From: an uncultured Candidatus Saccharibacteria bacterium
GTDB lineage: Bacteria; Patescibacteriota; Saccharimonadia; Saccharimonadales; 2-12-FULL-41-12
Direction: 5' to 3'
Assembly (NCBI GenBank): GCA_964521095.1
Contig: CAZFPJ010000002.1
Location: 21,108 to 85,107, forward strand
Length of the DNA: 64,000 nt
The notes below the pieces were generated by a model that saw only the letters and a program-made list of their open reading frames with translations, made no database searches and had not been told where the DNA came from. A program made the position numbers and the translations under genes. Of this stretch, positions 26,850-36,560 are shown piece after piece (position 1 is the stretch's first letter; the number at the start of each line of letters is the position of its first letter).

Positions 26850-27851
26850 TTGAGATCTATAAATGACCGGATTCGGGTTGCAGTTATAGGTGCTGGCAAT
26901 ATGGGTGGTCATCATGTGCGGAATTATTCTGTTCTGCCAGAGGCGGAGCTTGTCGCTCTTGCGGATGTAAATAAAGAGAATAAAAAGCTGGCCGATGAGC
27001 ACAACGCTAAATTTTATACCGATTACAAGAAAATGCTGGACGAACAAGAGCTAGATGCGGTTTCTATTGTTGTACCTACACCACTTCATTATGAAGTTGC
27101 ATCTTATGCGATGGAACGTGGTGTACATTGTTTGGTAGAAAAACCCATAGCTTATTCTATGGATGAAGCGGATAGGTTGATTAAGCTAGCCAATGAGAAG
27201 AAGCTGGTATTTACCGTAGGGCATATTGAAAGGTACAACCCCATCATCCGAGCGATCAAAGCAGTTATTGACGAAGGCAAGCTGGGTGAGATTACATCCA
27301 TTGTCTGTCAGCGAGTCGGGGGATTCCCAAAGATTGAGCCAAAGACAGATGTAATCATTGACTTGGCAGTTCATGATATTGATATATTGAATTACCTCGT
27401 CGGGAAGTACCCCACAAAAATACATAGTCATGCATCGCGGACGCATCATTCGCAGAAAGTAGACTCTGCAGAGATACTTATGGACTATGGGCAAATATCG
27501 GGCTTTGTTCGAGCAAACTGGCTAACGCCAGTAAAAATACGAACCATTTCTATCACAGGGTCCAAAGGTTACCTGGAAGGAAACTATATAACTCAGGAAC
27601 TTGTGTACTACGAACACAATATGCAAAAAGTAAAGGACGCCCAATTTAGTACCTTTGTAATTAGCATGGGAGACCCAAAGAAACATGTTATACCAGTTGA
27701 CTTTGAAGAGCCTCTGGCCGTAGAGCTGAAAGCATTTTTACACAACGTAGCAGGTGATAGGGCCGAAAGATTGGTGGATCCAAAAGATGCAAAAGAAGCA
27801 CTAAGGCTTTCGCTGATAGCAGTAAAAGAATATGAAAGGGAAGAAAAATAA
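26850..27851 (+). CDS. Gfo/Idh/MocA-family NAD-dependent sugar oxidoreductase (WbpB-like class)
   Basis: TTG start 5 nt after a strong SD AAGGAGG. The Rossmann motif is RVAVIGAGNMGGHH and the family motif is VEKPIA. Confidence 0.88.
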   Translation: MRSINDRIRVAVIGAGNMGGHHVRNYSVLPEAELVALADVNKENKKLADEHNAKFYTDYKKMLDEQELDAVSIVVPTPLHYEVASYAMERGVHCLVEKPIAYSMDEADRLIKLANEKKLVFTVGHIERYNPIIRAIKAVIDEGKLGEITSIVCQRVGGFPKIEPKTDVIIDLAVHDIDILNYLVGKYPTKIHSHASRTHHSQKVDSAEILMDYGQISGFVRANWLTPVKIRTISITGSKGYLEGNYITQELVYYEHNMQKVKDAQFSTFVISMGDPKKHVIPVDFEEPLAVELKAFLHNVAGDRAERLVDPKDAKEALRLSLIAVKEYEREEK

Positions 27852-28930
27852 TGAAGAGAATCTTAGTAACAGGAGCAGGCGGGTCTCCAGCAGTAAACTT
27901 TACGCGTTCATTGCGTCAAGCAGGTAAAGACTATTGTCTTGTAGGGACGGATGCAGATAAGTATTACCTGCAACGAGCCGAAGTAGACTCACGTTACCTA
28001 GCCCCACTTGCAAATGATCCAAAATACATTGATTTTCTAAACTATATTATAGAAAAAGAAAAGATTGATTTTGTGCATGCACAAAATGATGTCGAAGTTT
28101 CAGTACTAAGCGAGAATCGTGAAAAGATTAATGCCAAAACTCTTTTTCCTAATAAAAAAACAGTAAAAATATTACAAGATAAATTTGAATCATTTAAGGT
28201 TTGGGAAGACGCAGGGATTAAGGTCCCTAAGACAGTGCTTCTTGATAGAAAGTCTAACCTAAAAGAATTGCTCGAAGACTTTGGTGGCTCTATGTGGATT
28301 AGAGCGATTAGTGGAGCGGGCGGTAGGGGTTCTCTGCCTGTCCATGACGTTGCAACAGCCAAGAACTGGCTTGATTTTAATGAAAATAATGGTGCCTGGG
28401 ATGGTAACTTTACAGCCTCAGAGCTTCTTGAGCCAGAGACTGTAACTTGGATGTCTATATGGCACAAGGGCGAGCTTGTTGTTGCACAAGGGCGGAAGCG
28501 ACTTTATTGGGAGTTATCAAAAATTTCTCCGTCTGGGGTAACGGGCGCTACAGGTACGGGGTTAACTTATTCAGACCCAGAGCTTGATGAAATTGCAGAG
28601 AAGGCAGTTCTTTCAATCGACGATAATCCTAACGGATTGTTCGGTGTAGATATGGCTTATGATAAAAACGGAGTACCAAATCCAACAGAAATTAACATAG
28701 GTAGATTTTTTACTACTCACCAATTTTTTACAGATGCAGGGCTTAATATGCCAGACATATTCGTGAGACTTGGTTTGGGGCAAGAGATTCAGGAGATCAA
28801 GAAAAAGAAGAATCCATTGCCCGATGGAAAGGTGTGGATTCGTGGAATGGATTTCGAGCCAGTTCTTTCGGATGTAGATACAGTGCAATCATCGGTAGAG
28901 CGAATGAATGCAATATTGGAGAAACTTTAA
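27851..28930 (+). CDS. ATP-grasp domain protein (carboxylate-amine ligase class)
   Basis: 359 aa with a pre-ATP-grasp N-domain and a central sequence WIRAISGAGGRGS. The C-terminal PTEINIGRFFTT resembles the Mg/ATP-binding E-x-N. Its start overlaps the upstream stop (ATAATG). Confidence 0.7.
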   Translation: MKRILVTGAGGSPAVNFTRSLRQAGKDYCLVGTDADKYYLQRAEVDSRYLAPLANDPKYIDFLNYIIEKEKIDFVHAQNDVEVSVLSENREKINAKTLFPNKKTVKILQDKFESFKVWEDAGIKVPKTVLLDRKSNLKELLEDFGGSMWIRAISGAGGRGSLPVHDVATAKNWLDFNENNGAWDGNFTASELLEPETVTWMSIWHKGELVVAQGRKRLYWELSKISPSGVTGATGTGLTYSDPELDEIAEKAVLSIDDNPNGLFGVDMAYDKNGVPNPTEINIGRFFTTHQFFTDAGLNMPDIFVRLGLGQEIQEIKKKKNPLPDGKVWIRGMDFEPVLSDVDTVQSSVERMNAILEKL

Positions 28931-29812
28931 TTGAGGATACTTTTAACTGGAGCAACTGGTTTTGTAGGGAATGCATTTCTTGCATCATTAAGTGAGGATG
29001 TTGAAGTTATTTATTTGGGTAGAAGTCGTAGTAGTCTAGGTAAGGGTAAATTTTATGAGACTGATATTACTGATCAAAGTAACGTAACAGACGTTGCGAA
29101 AAATATAAAGGGTAAGTTTGACGCAATTGTACACATGGCTGCGCACGTACCAAAGGCTTCGCAAGAAGATCAACTTCAGCAAGCAAACGCAGTAAATATA
29201 GAAGGCCTGATAAATGTCCTGGAATCATTTGATGGGAGGTTTAACAAAATTATTCTAGGTAGTAGTGCAGAAGTTTACGATCAGGCAAGAATCAATGCCA
29301 AGATTAATGAAGATTCTCCAGTGAGCCCCAACTCATATTATGGCGCCACTAAGCTTGCAAGCGAATTTGTAGCAAGAACATATGCTAAAAAGAAAAATAT
29401 AACAGCAACTATTTTAAGATTTTCAGTCATGTATGGTCCATCTGATCCAATAGCACGTGCATTACCAAATTTTATAAAAACAGCTCTCAAAAACAGAGAT
29501 ATAGTTATTAGTGGGGGGAGCACGCTGAGAGACTATGTTCATATAGATGATGTGGCCCAGAGTATACAGCGTGCTTTGGACGTAAATACAAATGGCGTCT
29601 TTAATATTGGTACCGGTAAGGGGGTAAGTATTTACGATGCCGCTAAGAGTATAGTTGAGGCTGCTGGTTCCAGCAGTAAAGTAGTGCAAGTTGAAGGTCC
29701 GCAGTCAGCAGACATTGTCATTGATGCAAGTTTAGCGGAATTAGAGTTGGGCTTCCGAGCAAAGAATTATTTTCCCCAGAAACTTGAAGAGATGATTGAC
29801 TCCTATAGGTAA
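28931..29812 (+). CDS. NAD-dependent epimerase/dehydratase (extended SDR)
   Basis: TTG start abutting the upstream TAA. It has the motif ILLTGATGFVGNAF and the catalytic YGATK (YxxxK). Confidence 0.85.
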   Translation: MRILLTGATGFVGNAFLASLSEDVEVIYLGRSRSSLGKGKFYETDITDQSNVTDVAKNIKGKFDAIVHMAAHVPKASQEDQLQQANAVNIEGLINVLESFDGRFNKIILGSSAEVYDQARINAKINEDSPVSPNSYYGATKLASEFVARTYAKKKNITATILRFSVMYGPSDPIARALPNFIKTALKNRDIVISGGSTLRDYVHIDDVAQSIQRALDVNTNGVFNIGTGKGVSIYDAAKSIVEAAGSSSKVVQVEGPQSADIVIDASLAELELGFRAKNYFPQKLEEMIDSYR

Positions 29813-29814
29813 AG

Positions 29815-30465
29815 ATGAAGATTTTTTTTGATCTAGACGGCACCCTTATAGATATATCAACAAGGCACTATACGGTTTATCAGAGGTGCGTAGAGGCATA
29901 TGGCGGCAGAGAACTTTCAAAAGACGATTATTGGTCTAGAAAACGCAATAATACACCTTGGGACGAGATACTTATGCTTTCAGATGTATCTTTGGATAAA
30001 GAAGAAGAATTCATGAACATGTTTGTTCAGTTGATTGAGTCTCCAGGCTATCTTAAGATAGATAAGCTTTTTGAATTCTCGTTAAAAACATTAAAGCTCT
30101 TATCTTCCGATAATGAGTTGATTCTGATAAGTTTTCGAAGGAATCGCACCGCATTATTGGACCAACTTAAAACTCTAGGCATAGACCGGTATTTTAGCAC
30201 CATTCTATCTGGGCACGCACAGACAAAAGAGAGTGTTCTTAATAAGAAGTCCCAGATCATTCAAGACGCATATAGCGTACAGGCTAAAGACATTATTATT
30301 GGAGACACAGAAGCCGATGTTTCTGCTGGGAAATTACTACACATACATACCGTGAGCGTAACTTCGGGTATTCGAGACGAGGATTACCTTAAGCAATTCT
30401 CCCCTGAATTTATAGTATCTGACATAAAAGACCTACCTAGCATCGTTAGAAGCATCAAAAAGTAG
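29815..30465 (+). CDS. HAD-superfamily hydrolase (subfamily IA-like phosphatase)
   Basis: Motif I is IFFDLDGTLID and the C-terminal motif is IGDTEADVSAG. Confidence 0.8.
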   Translation: MKIFFDLDGTLIDISTRHYTVYQRCVEAYGGRELSKDDYWSRKRNNTPWDEILMLSDVSLDKEEEFMNMFVQLIESPGYLKIDKLFEFSLKTLKLLSSDNELILISFRRNRTALLDQLKTLGIDRYFSTILSGHAQTKESVLNKKSQIIQDAYSVQAKDIIIGDTEADVSAGKLLHIHTVSVTSGIRDEDYLKQFSPEFIVSDIKDLPSIVRSIKK

Positions 30466-30475
30466 GCTAGTCTAT

Positions 30476-31420
30476 CTACTTACGTTCGTTAGACACATCC
30501 ATGCTAAGTGCCGTTAGGACTAGTTGAAAGCCTAAGATAATTGGTAATACGGACATCATAACGCTAGCTGTCGTAGGAGAGCTTCCAGTTGTTACTTTAT
30601 CGATAAATATTATTAGGCCTGCAATAAAACCTAGTCCAAATACAATGACTCCGCTGAAGAGGAATAGTGCTATTGGGTGAAACCCAAAAAGTACATATTT
30701 ATAAAATATTCTCTTCCAAAAACCTATCCAGACTGCACGTAGATTTCTTAATGCGGTCGGTAGTAGCTTTATTGTTGAGGTCTCGTCCCCATAAAATGCT
30801 GGAACAGCGTGATCTATGACCTTTGCATCGGCAATGGATAGAGCAGTAAGCATGCTTGTTTCGTAGTCATAGCGTCTTTGCACCATAGAGAAATCGACCT
30901 TTTCCAAGATACTTCTTCTTAGAAAGCCGCAACCATTCGTTATGTCTGTAATAGAGTAGTACCCAGTAGAAAATTTTGTAAGTAATGATATGAAGATATT
31001 GCCGTATCTCCTATGACGAGGCATTGTCATAAACTCTTTCCTGTGGAAGAACCGGCTCGCTTTTACGTAGTCTGCAGATTGATCAATAAAATCATCTAGC
31101 ATAGATTGCAGATAACCGGTATCGAATTGGTCGTCACCCGCCACAATCCCTATGGCGGTAGATTTTGTATTTTCTAGGGCATGAGAATATCCGCTCATCA
31201 GTGCTCCACCAATACCTTGATTTTCCTCTAGGTCAATGACAACTACTTTTTTGTTAGATTTTTTAAGTAAATTTATTTTATCTAGAGTACTATCTGTACT
31301 GGCGTCATTTACAATAATTATATGATCAACAAAACTAGGTATCTTCTCTATAGTTTTCTCTATTAATTTTTCTTCGTTGTAGCACGGTACTACAACAGAA
31401 ACTTCTGTTTTTCTATACAT
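30476..31420 (-). CDS. GT2 polyprenyl-phosphate glycosyltransferase (GtrB/ArnC/DPM1-like) with C-terminal TM helices
   Basis: VSVVVPCYNEEKLI..IIIVNDASTDST and a DxD-type GDDQ. Two C-terminal TM helices are present. Confidence 0.85.
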   Translation of the reverse strand: MYRKTEVSVVVPCYNEEKLIEKTIEKIPSFVDHIIIVNDASTDSTLDKINLLKKSNKKVVVIDLEENQGIGGALMSGYSHALENTKSTAIGIVAGDDQFDTGYLQSMLDDFIDQSADYVKASRFFHRKEFMTMPRHRRYGNIFISLLTKFSTGYYSITDITNGCGFLRRSILEKVDFSMVQRRYDYETSMLTALSIADAKVIDHAVPAFYGDETSTIKLLPTALRNLRAVWIGFWKRIFYKYVLFGFHPIALFLFSGVIVFGLGFIAGLIIFIDKVTTGSSPTTASVMMSVLPIILGFQLVLTALSMDVSNERK

Positions 31421-31480
31421 TTAATCCTCTTTTTCATAGACATTATAGTATGGCATAGGTGTTATAATCGGGTCAAGCAT

Positions 31481-31894
31481 ATGCAATTACATAGAAAAAC
31501 AATGGCACAGGTGTTTTTTTTCGGACTAGTTGGCGTCGTTAGTTTGCTAATTGATGTCGGGATTACAAAGTATCTGTATTCTCTTTTAGGTATGCCTGCG
31601 TATTTAGCTAGCGCCTTCGGATTTCTTTCGGGGTTTTTATTTAACTTCCCCATGAATAGAAGTAGAGTCTTTAGACACACTAACAAAAGCCGGTTTGTAT
31701 TGCGAAATCAGGTAATTATGTTCCTGTCTTTGAGCTTGTTCAACCTTGTATTTACAAGTTTTTTTGTAGACACCCTAGTGCGCCTTAATCTTTTAGATAT
31801 TGTTTATGCAAAGATTTTAGCTACTGCAATAATTGCAACATGGAACTTTACGATATTTAAATGGGTTATTTTTTCGAAGAGCAAGTCTAATTAG
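31481..31894 (+). CDS. GtrA-family small membrane protein
   Basis: 137 aa with 4 TM helices. The motif [11 protein letters not shown] is typical of GtrA. It is divergent from the GtrB-like gene. Confidence 0.8.
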   Translation: MQLHRKTMAQVFFFGLVGVVSLLIDVGITKYLYSLLGMPAYLASAFGFLSGFLFNFPMNRSRVFRHTNKSRFVLRNQVIMFLSLSLFNLVFTSFFVDTLVRLNLLDIVYAKILATAIIATWNFTIFKWVIFSKSKSN

Positions 31895-32748
31895 TTGAGG
31901 CTGGACAGATATTCGCCGTAGCCGGATTTTTTTAGGGGTTGGGCTAGTTGGGTTAGCTGGTCTTGGTTTATAAAGCCTTGCTCGTAGGCTATCCGCTCTG
32001 GGGCGCCAATGATTTGCCCGGTTCTTTTTTGCAAAACTCGTACGTAGTCTGTAGCATCTGTGAGGCTGTCTATAGTGCCGGTGTCGAGCCAGACATCGCC
32101 GTCGTTGAGAGTTGTGACTTTGAGCTTGCCTCGTCGCAAGTATTCGGCGTTGACAGATGTTATCTCTAGCTCGCCACGGTGACTTGGCTGGACATTTTTG
32201 GCAATTTCTACTACATCGTTGTCGTAAAAATAGAGGCCAACTACCGCATGGTTGGACTTTGGTTGGGCTGGCTTTTCTTCTATGCTTATGGCTTCCATGT
32301 TTTGGTTGAACTCTACGACGCCATAACGCTCTGGGTCGGACACTCTGTAGGCAAAAACTACTCCGCCGTCTGGGTCTGTGCATTCTGCAAGCGATTCGTC
32401 TAGCTCTGGGCCGTGGAAGATGTTGTCGCCCAGTATGAGGGCAACTTTGTCGCTACCTATGAACTCTTCGCCAATGATGAACGCCTGGGCCAGACCATCT
32501 GGAGAGGGCTGAACAGCATAGCTGATACTAATGCCCCAGTCCGAGCCATCGCCCAGTAGGCTCTTGAAGGCTGTTTGGTCGTGCGGAGTGGTGATGATAA
32601 GGATATCTTTGATTCCAGCCTGCATGAGGGTGCTGAGGGGGTAATAAACCATGGGTTTGTCGTAGATAGGCATGAGTTGCTTGCTGATGCCTTTTGTAAT
32701 GGGGTGGAGCCGTGTGCCTGAACCGCCCGCTAAAATAATGCCTTTCAT
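31891..32748 (-). CDS. rfbA: Glucose-1-phosphate thymidylyltransferase
   Basis: [42 protein letters not shown] is the canonical RmlA N-terminus. Confidence 0.95.
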   Translation of the reverse strand: MKGIILAGGSGTRLHPITKGISKQLMPIYDKPMVYYPLSTLMQAGIKDILIITTPHDQTAFKSLLGDGSDWGISISYAVQPSPDGLAQAFIIGEEFIGSDKVALILGDNIFHGPELDESLAECTDPDGGVVFAYRVSDPERYGVVEFNQNMEAISIEEKPAQPKSNHAVVGLYFYDNDVVEIAKNVQPSHRGELEITSVNAEYLRRGKLKVTTLNDGDVWLDTGTIDSLTDATDYVRVLQKRTGQIIGAPERIAYEQGFINQDQLTQLAQPLKKSGYGEYLSSLN

Positions 32749-33023
32749 CCCGTTAGAGCCTCCGTGTAATTTTTTATACGATTTCTTAAATAACGCTTTC
32801 CCATGCCTGATTTTAGATACCTTTCTCGTGCGTAAGCATCTTTTTTATTAAGACACGCTTCATAGTATATCAGTTCATAGGGTCCACGATGGCTGGTGTA
32901 TGTACTCTTGCCATCGGAGTGTTCTTTGTAGCGCTTTTTTAAGTCAGAAGTGTAACCTGGATAGAATTGCCCGGTTTTGTTTACTATTACATGCACATAC
33001 TGCATGGCTCTAACGGGATTCAT
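32745..33023 (-). CDS. Stand-alone GIY-YIG nuclease-domain protein
   Basis: 92 aa with [27 protein letters not shown] (GIY..YxG) and a conserved ERYLK. Its stop overlaps the rfbA start by 4 nt. Confidence 0.85.
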   Translation of the reverse strand: MNPVRAMQYVHVIVNKTGQFYPGYTSDLKKRYKEHSDGKSTYTSHRGPYELIYYEACLNKKDAYARERYLKSGMGKRYLRNRIKNYTEALTG

Positions 33024-33044
33024 CTTGTTAGTGTCTCCTTAGTT

Positions 33045-33260
33045 CTAGATAGTTGATTTGTGTTCTACTGGAACACTGGTTAACTTTTTTGGCATCGGAG
33101 AGTTCTTTGACGCATCAAGAACCTCGAGGCCAATAACATGCCCGTCGGCAGAATAGTCGACCAATAGGTCCTTGGTAATTTTTTTGCTAGACTTGTAGGA
33201 AGCTTTTTCGTTTAAGCTGATGTACATAGCGTCTATTTTGTCGTCATAAGTTATCTTCAT
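33045..33260 (-). CDS. DUF2283-family small protein (putative antitoxin partner)
   Basis: 71 aa. The sequence MKITYDDKIDAMYISL...DGHVIGLEVLDAS is typical of DUF2283. Confidence 0.7.
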   Translation of the reverse strand: MKITYDDKIDAMYISLNEKASYKSSKKITKDLLVDYSADGHVIGLEVLDASKNSPMPKKLTSVPVEHKSTI

Positions 33261-33517
33261 TATTCTCCTACCAGATATTGCGTTATTACAATAGTCTTAT
33301 TATCCTCTTTTTTGCAGACAACCTCAAGAACTTCCTCCAAGAATTTCTTGCGAAAGACTAATCTGTCCCTGTAAGATGTTTCATTTGTATCAGGGTTCTT
33401 AATGGTCTCTAGCACCATGCTTCTTTTGATATTTTGGCGGTGCTTTAGGCGTTCTAGCGCATGGTCTGAGAATTCAATATTCATTTGTTTAGGTATTTTG
33501 CTAGGTCTTCTTTCCAA
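33260..33517 (-). CDS. DUF4258-family small protein (putative toxin partner)
   Basis: 85 aa with the DUF4258 signature FSDHALERLKHRQI-like region. It overlaps DUF2283 by 1 nt (TAATG) and the rfbD 3' end by 37 nt. Confidence 0.7.
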   Translation of the reverse strand: MERRPSKIPKQMNIEFSDHALERLKHRQNIKRSMVLETIKNPDTNETSYRDRLVFRKKFLEEVLEVVCKKEDNKTIVITQYLVGE

Positions 33518-34326
33518 TCTTTCGAAGCAAAACCGGTTGCTTGGATTTTGGATAAGTCCAAAGTACTTTGAAGTGGGCGAGGCGCAATGCCCTGTTTGTC
33601 TTTGAAGTACTCCTGAGTTGTGGTGTTTGTGACAGTTAGATCATCTCGGCCAAGAACTTTAAATATCTGGCGGGTAATATCTGCCCAGCTGGCAGATTCT
33701 CCGCTGTTAGAGACATTGTAGGTGCCGTAAGCGTGGTTGTTTGTTAGTAGGTGGTCAATTGCCCGGACAAGTTCGTTAGTAAAGGTGAGTCGGCCAACTT
33801 GGTCGTGTACAACTGTTGGTGAGATGTCTTTTTGGGCTAGCCCTGCCATGGTGCGAACAAAGTTGTTGCCTTCGCCGATGACCCAAGAAGTTCGTAGCAG
33901 GTAGTGTTTTGGCGCAAGACCCAAGATAGCATCGCCACAGGCTTTGCTGGCTCCATAAACGCTTAGCGGAGACAGTGGCTCGTCTTCTGTGTGATTGTCT
34001 TTGGCGCCGTCAAAAACATAGTCGCTAGAGATGTGTACCAGAGTAATGTCGTTTTGGATGGCGACTTTTGTAAGGTAGCCAACAGCAGTAGCATTGACGC
34101 GCCACGAAGCCACTCGGCCCTCTGGCGTTTCGGCGCCGTCTACATTGGTGTAGGCTCCAGCATTTAGTATGTGAGTAATGCCCGACCAGTCATAGCCAGA
34201 CACGGATTCTGGATTGGTGATGTCTAGCTCGCTAATATCTGCTTTTTGAGCGTTGGGGTATTTGGTCTGTAAGGCTCGCCCGAGCTGTCCATTTGCGCCT
34301 GTTATAAAAAATTTGGAGTCGTCCAT
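33481..34326 (-). CDS. rfbD: dTDP-4-dehydrorhamnose reductase
   Basis: 281 aa with FITGANGQLG, ISSDYVFDG and YGASK. Confidence 0.9.
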   Translation of the reverse strand: MDDSKFFITGANGQLGRALQTKYPNAQKADISELDITNPESVSGYDWSGITHILNAGAYTNVDGAETPEGRVASWRVNATAVGYLTKVAIQNDITLVHISSDYVFDGAKDNHTEDEPLSPLSVYGASKACGDAILGLAPKHYLLRTSWVIGEGNNFVRTMAGLAQKDISPTVVHDQVGRLTFTNELVRAIDHLLTNNHAYGTYNVSNSGESASWADITRQIFKVLGRDDLTVTNTTTQEYFKDKQGIAPRPLQSTLDLSKIQATGFASKDWKEDLAKYLNK

Positions 34327-34327
34327 G

Positions 34328-34885
34328 CTAGTTTTTTATAGGGGTTATTTGGCTAAGAGGAGGGTGGTTTTTGTCTTTTTCGGAGATGAGATCGTCTGTG
34401 ATGGGGATAGGCCAGTCAATGCCAAGTGCTGGGTCTTGCAGGTTGACAAGAGTGTATTTGGCCTCTGGTGACCAATGGTCGTTGACAAGGTAGGTGTAGG
34501 TGACATTTTCTTCCATGGTTTGGTAGCCATTTGCTACGCCTTTTGGCACAAATACAGCGATGTCGGGCGTTACCTCTACGGTTAGGGTTTTGCCAAAGCT
34601 GGGGCCGTCGCGCAGGTCTACCCAAGCGCCAAAGACCTTGCCGTTGGCGACCGAGACAAACTTGTCCCATGGTTCTGCGTGCAAGCCACGGGCTACGCCC
34701 TTCTGCGCATTGTATGAAAAGTTGTTTTGAACGACCTCGAAGGCAGGAAGGCCAAGTGCCTCCATCTTTTCTTTTTGATAGTTTTCTTTAAACCAGCCTC
34801 GGTTATCGCCGTGAACAGCTAGGTCTACTACAAAAAATCCTGGTATCTTGGCTTCTTTGACAGCTAAAGTTTTTTCTAACTCCAT
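34328..34885 (-). CDS. rfbC: dTDP-4-dehydrorhamnose 3,5-epimerase
   Basis: 185 aa with DNRGWFKE and RGLHAEPWDKFVSV. Confidence 0.93.
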   Translation of the reverse strand: MELEKTLAVKEAKIPGFFVVDLAVHGDNRGWFKENYQKEKMEALGLPAFEVVQNNFSYNAQKGVARGLHAEPWDKFVSVANGKVFGAWVDLRDGPSFGKTLTVEVTPDIAVFVPKGVANGYQTMEENVTYTYLVNDHWSPEAKYTLVNLQDPALGIDWPIPITDDLISEKDKNHPPLSQITPIKN

Positions 34886-34890
34886 GGGTT

Positions 34891-36039
<1,149 letters not shown>

Positions 36040-36051
36040 CTAGATACAATT

Positions 36052-36558
36052 ATGACAATGGATTGGGGTGCAGAAATAATTTCGCTGGATGAGTTTGCCA
36101 AGATTCGTGAGAGTTTGGGAGACAAGGTTGTTGCTACCAGCGGTGGCTTTGACCCAATTCACCCAGGGCATATTAGCAACATCATTGAAAGCAAGAAACA
36201 CGGCGACATAATGGTGGTTATTGTTAATGGCGATGGATTTTTGCGGGCCAAAAAAGGCCGGCCTTTCCAAGATCTTGAGACAAGAAGCCTAATAGTCAGT
36301 GGCATCGCCGGCGTTGATTATGTAGTCCCGTTCGAGATAGAAGGTGATCAGACGGTTTCGAGAGCCCTGGAAATTTTGAAACCAAATGTGTTTACAAAAG
36401 GGGGCGACCGGATAGATGAAAAGACTATCCCCGAATGGGGCACTTGCCAAAAGTACAATATCAGAGTTGTTTCTGGGGTTGGCTCGGACAAACACTGGTC
36501 GAGCAGTTGGTTTTTGCACGACTGGGATAACGCTAAAGACAAGAAAGTGAGCAGATAA
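36052..36558 (+). CDS. Cytidylyltransferase-like nucleotidyltransferase (RfaE domain II / TagD class)
   Basis: SGGFDPIHPGHIS is the HxGH motif. An extended -10 TGGTATACT at 36032-36040 favours ATG 36052 over the track's GTG 36028. Confidence 0.78.
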   Translation: MTMDWGAEIISLDEFAKIRESLGDKVVATSGGFDPIHPGHISNIIESKKHGDIMVVIVNGDGFLRAKKGRPFQDLETRSLIVSGIAGVDYVVPFEIEGDQTVSRALEILKPNVFTKGGDRIDEKTIPEWGTCQKYNIRVVSGVGSDKHWSSSWFLHDWDNAKDKKVSR

Positions 36559-36560
36559 GC

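Noticed and set aside
31817-32383. A 188-aa Arg-rich ORF and the smaller ORFs 31963..32169 and 32179..32403.
   Set aside because: They lie out of frame within (31817..32383) or antisense to (the two smaller ORFs) the unambiguous rfbA gene. The extreme R/P/S composition is typical of off-frame translation.
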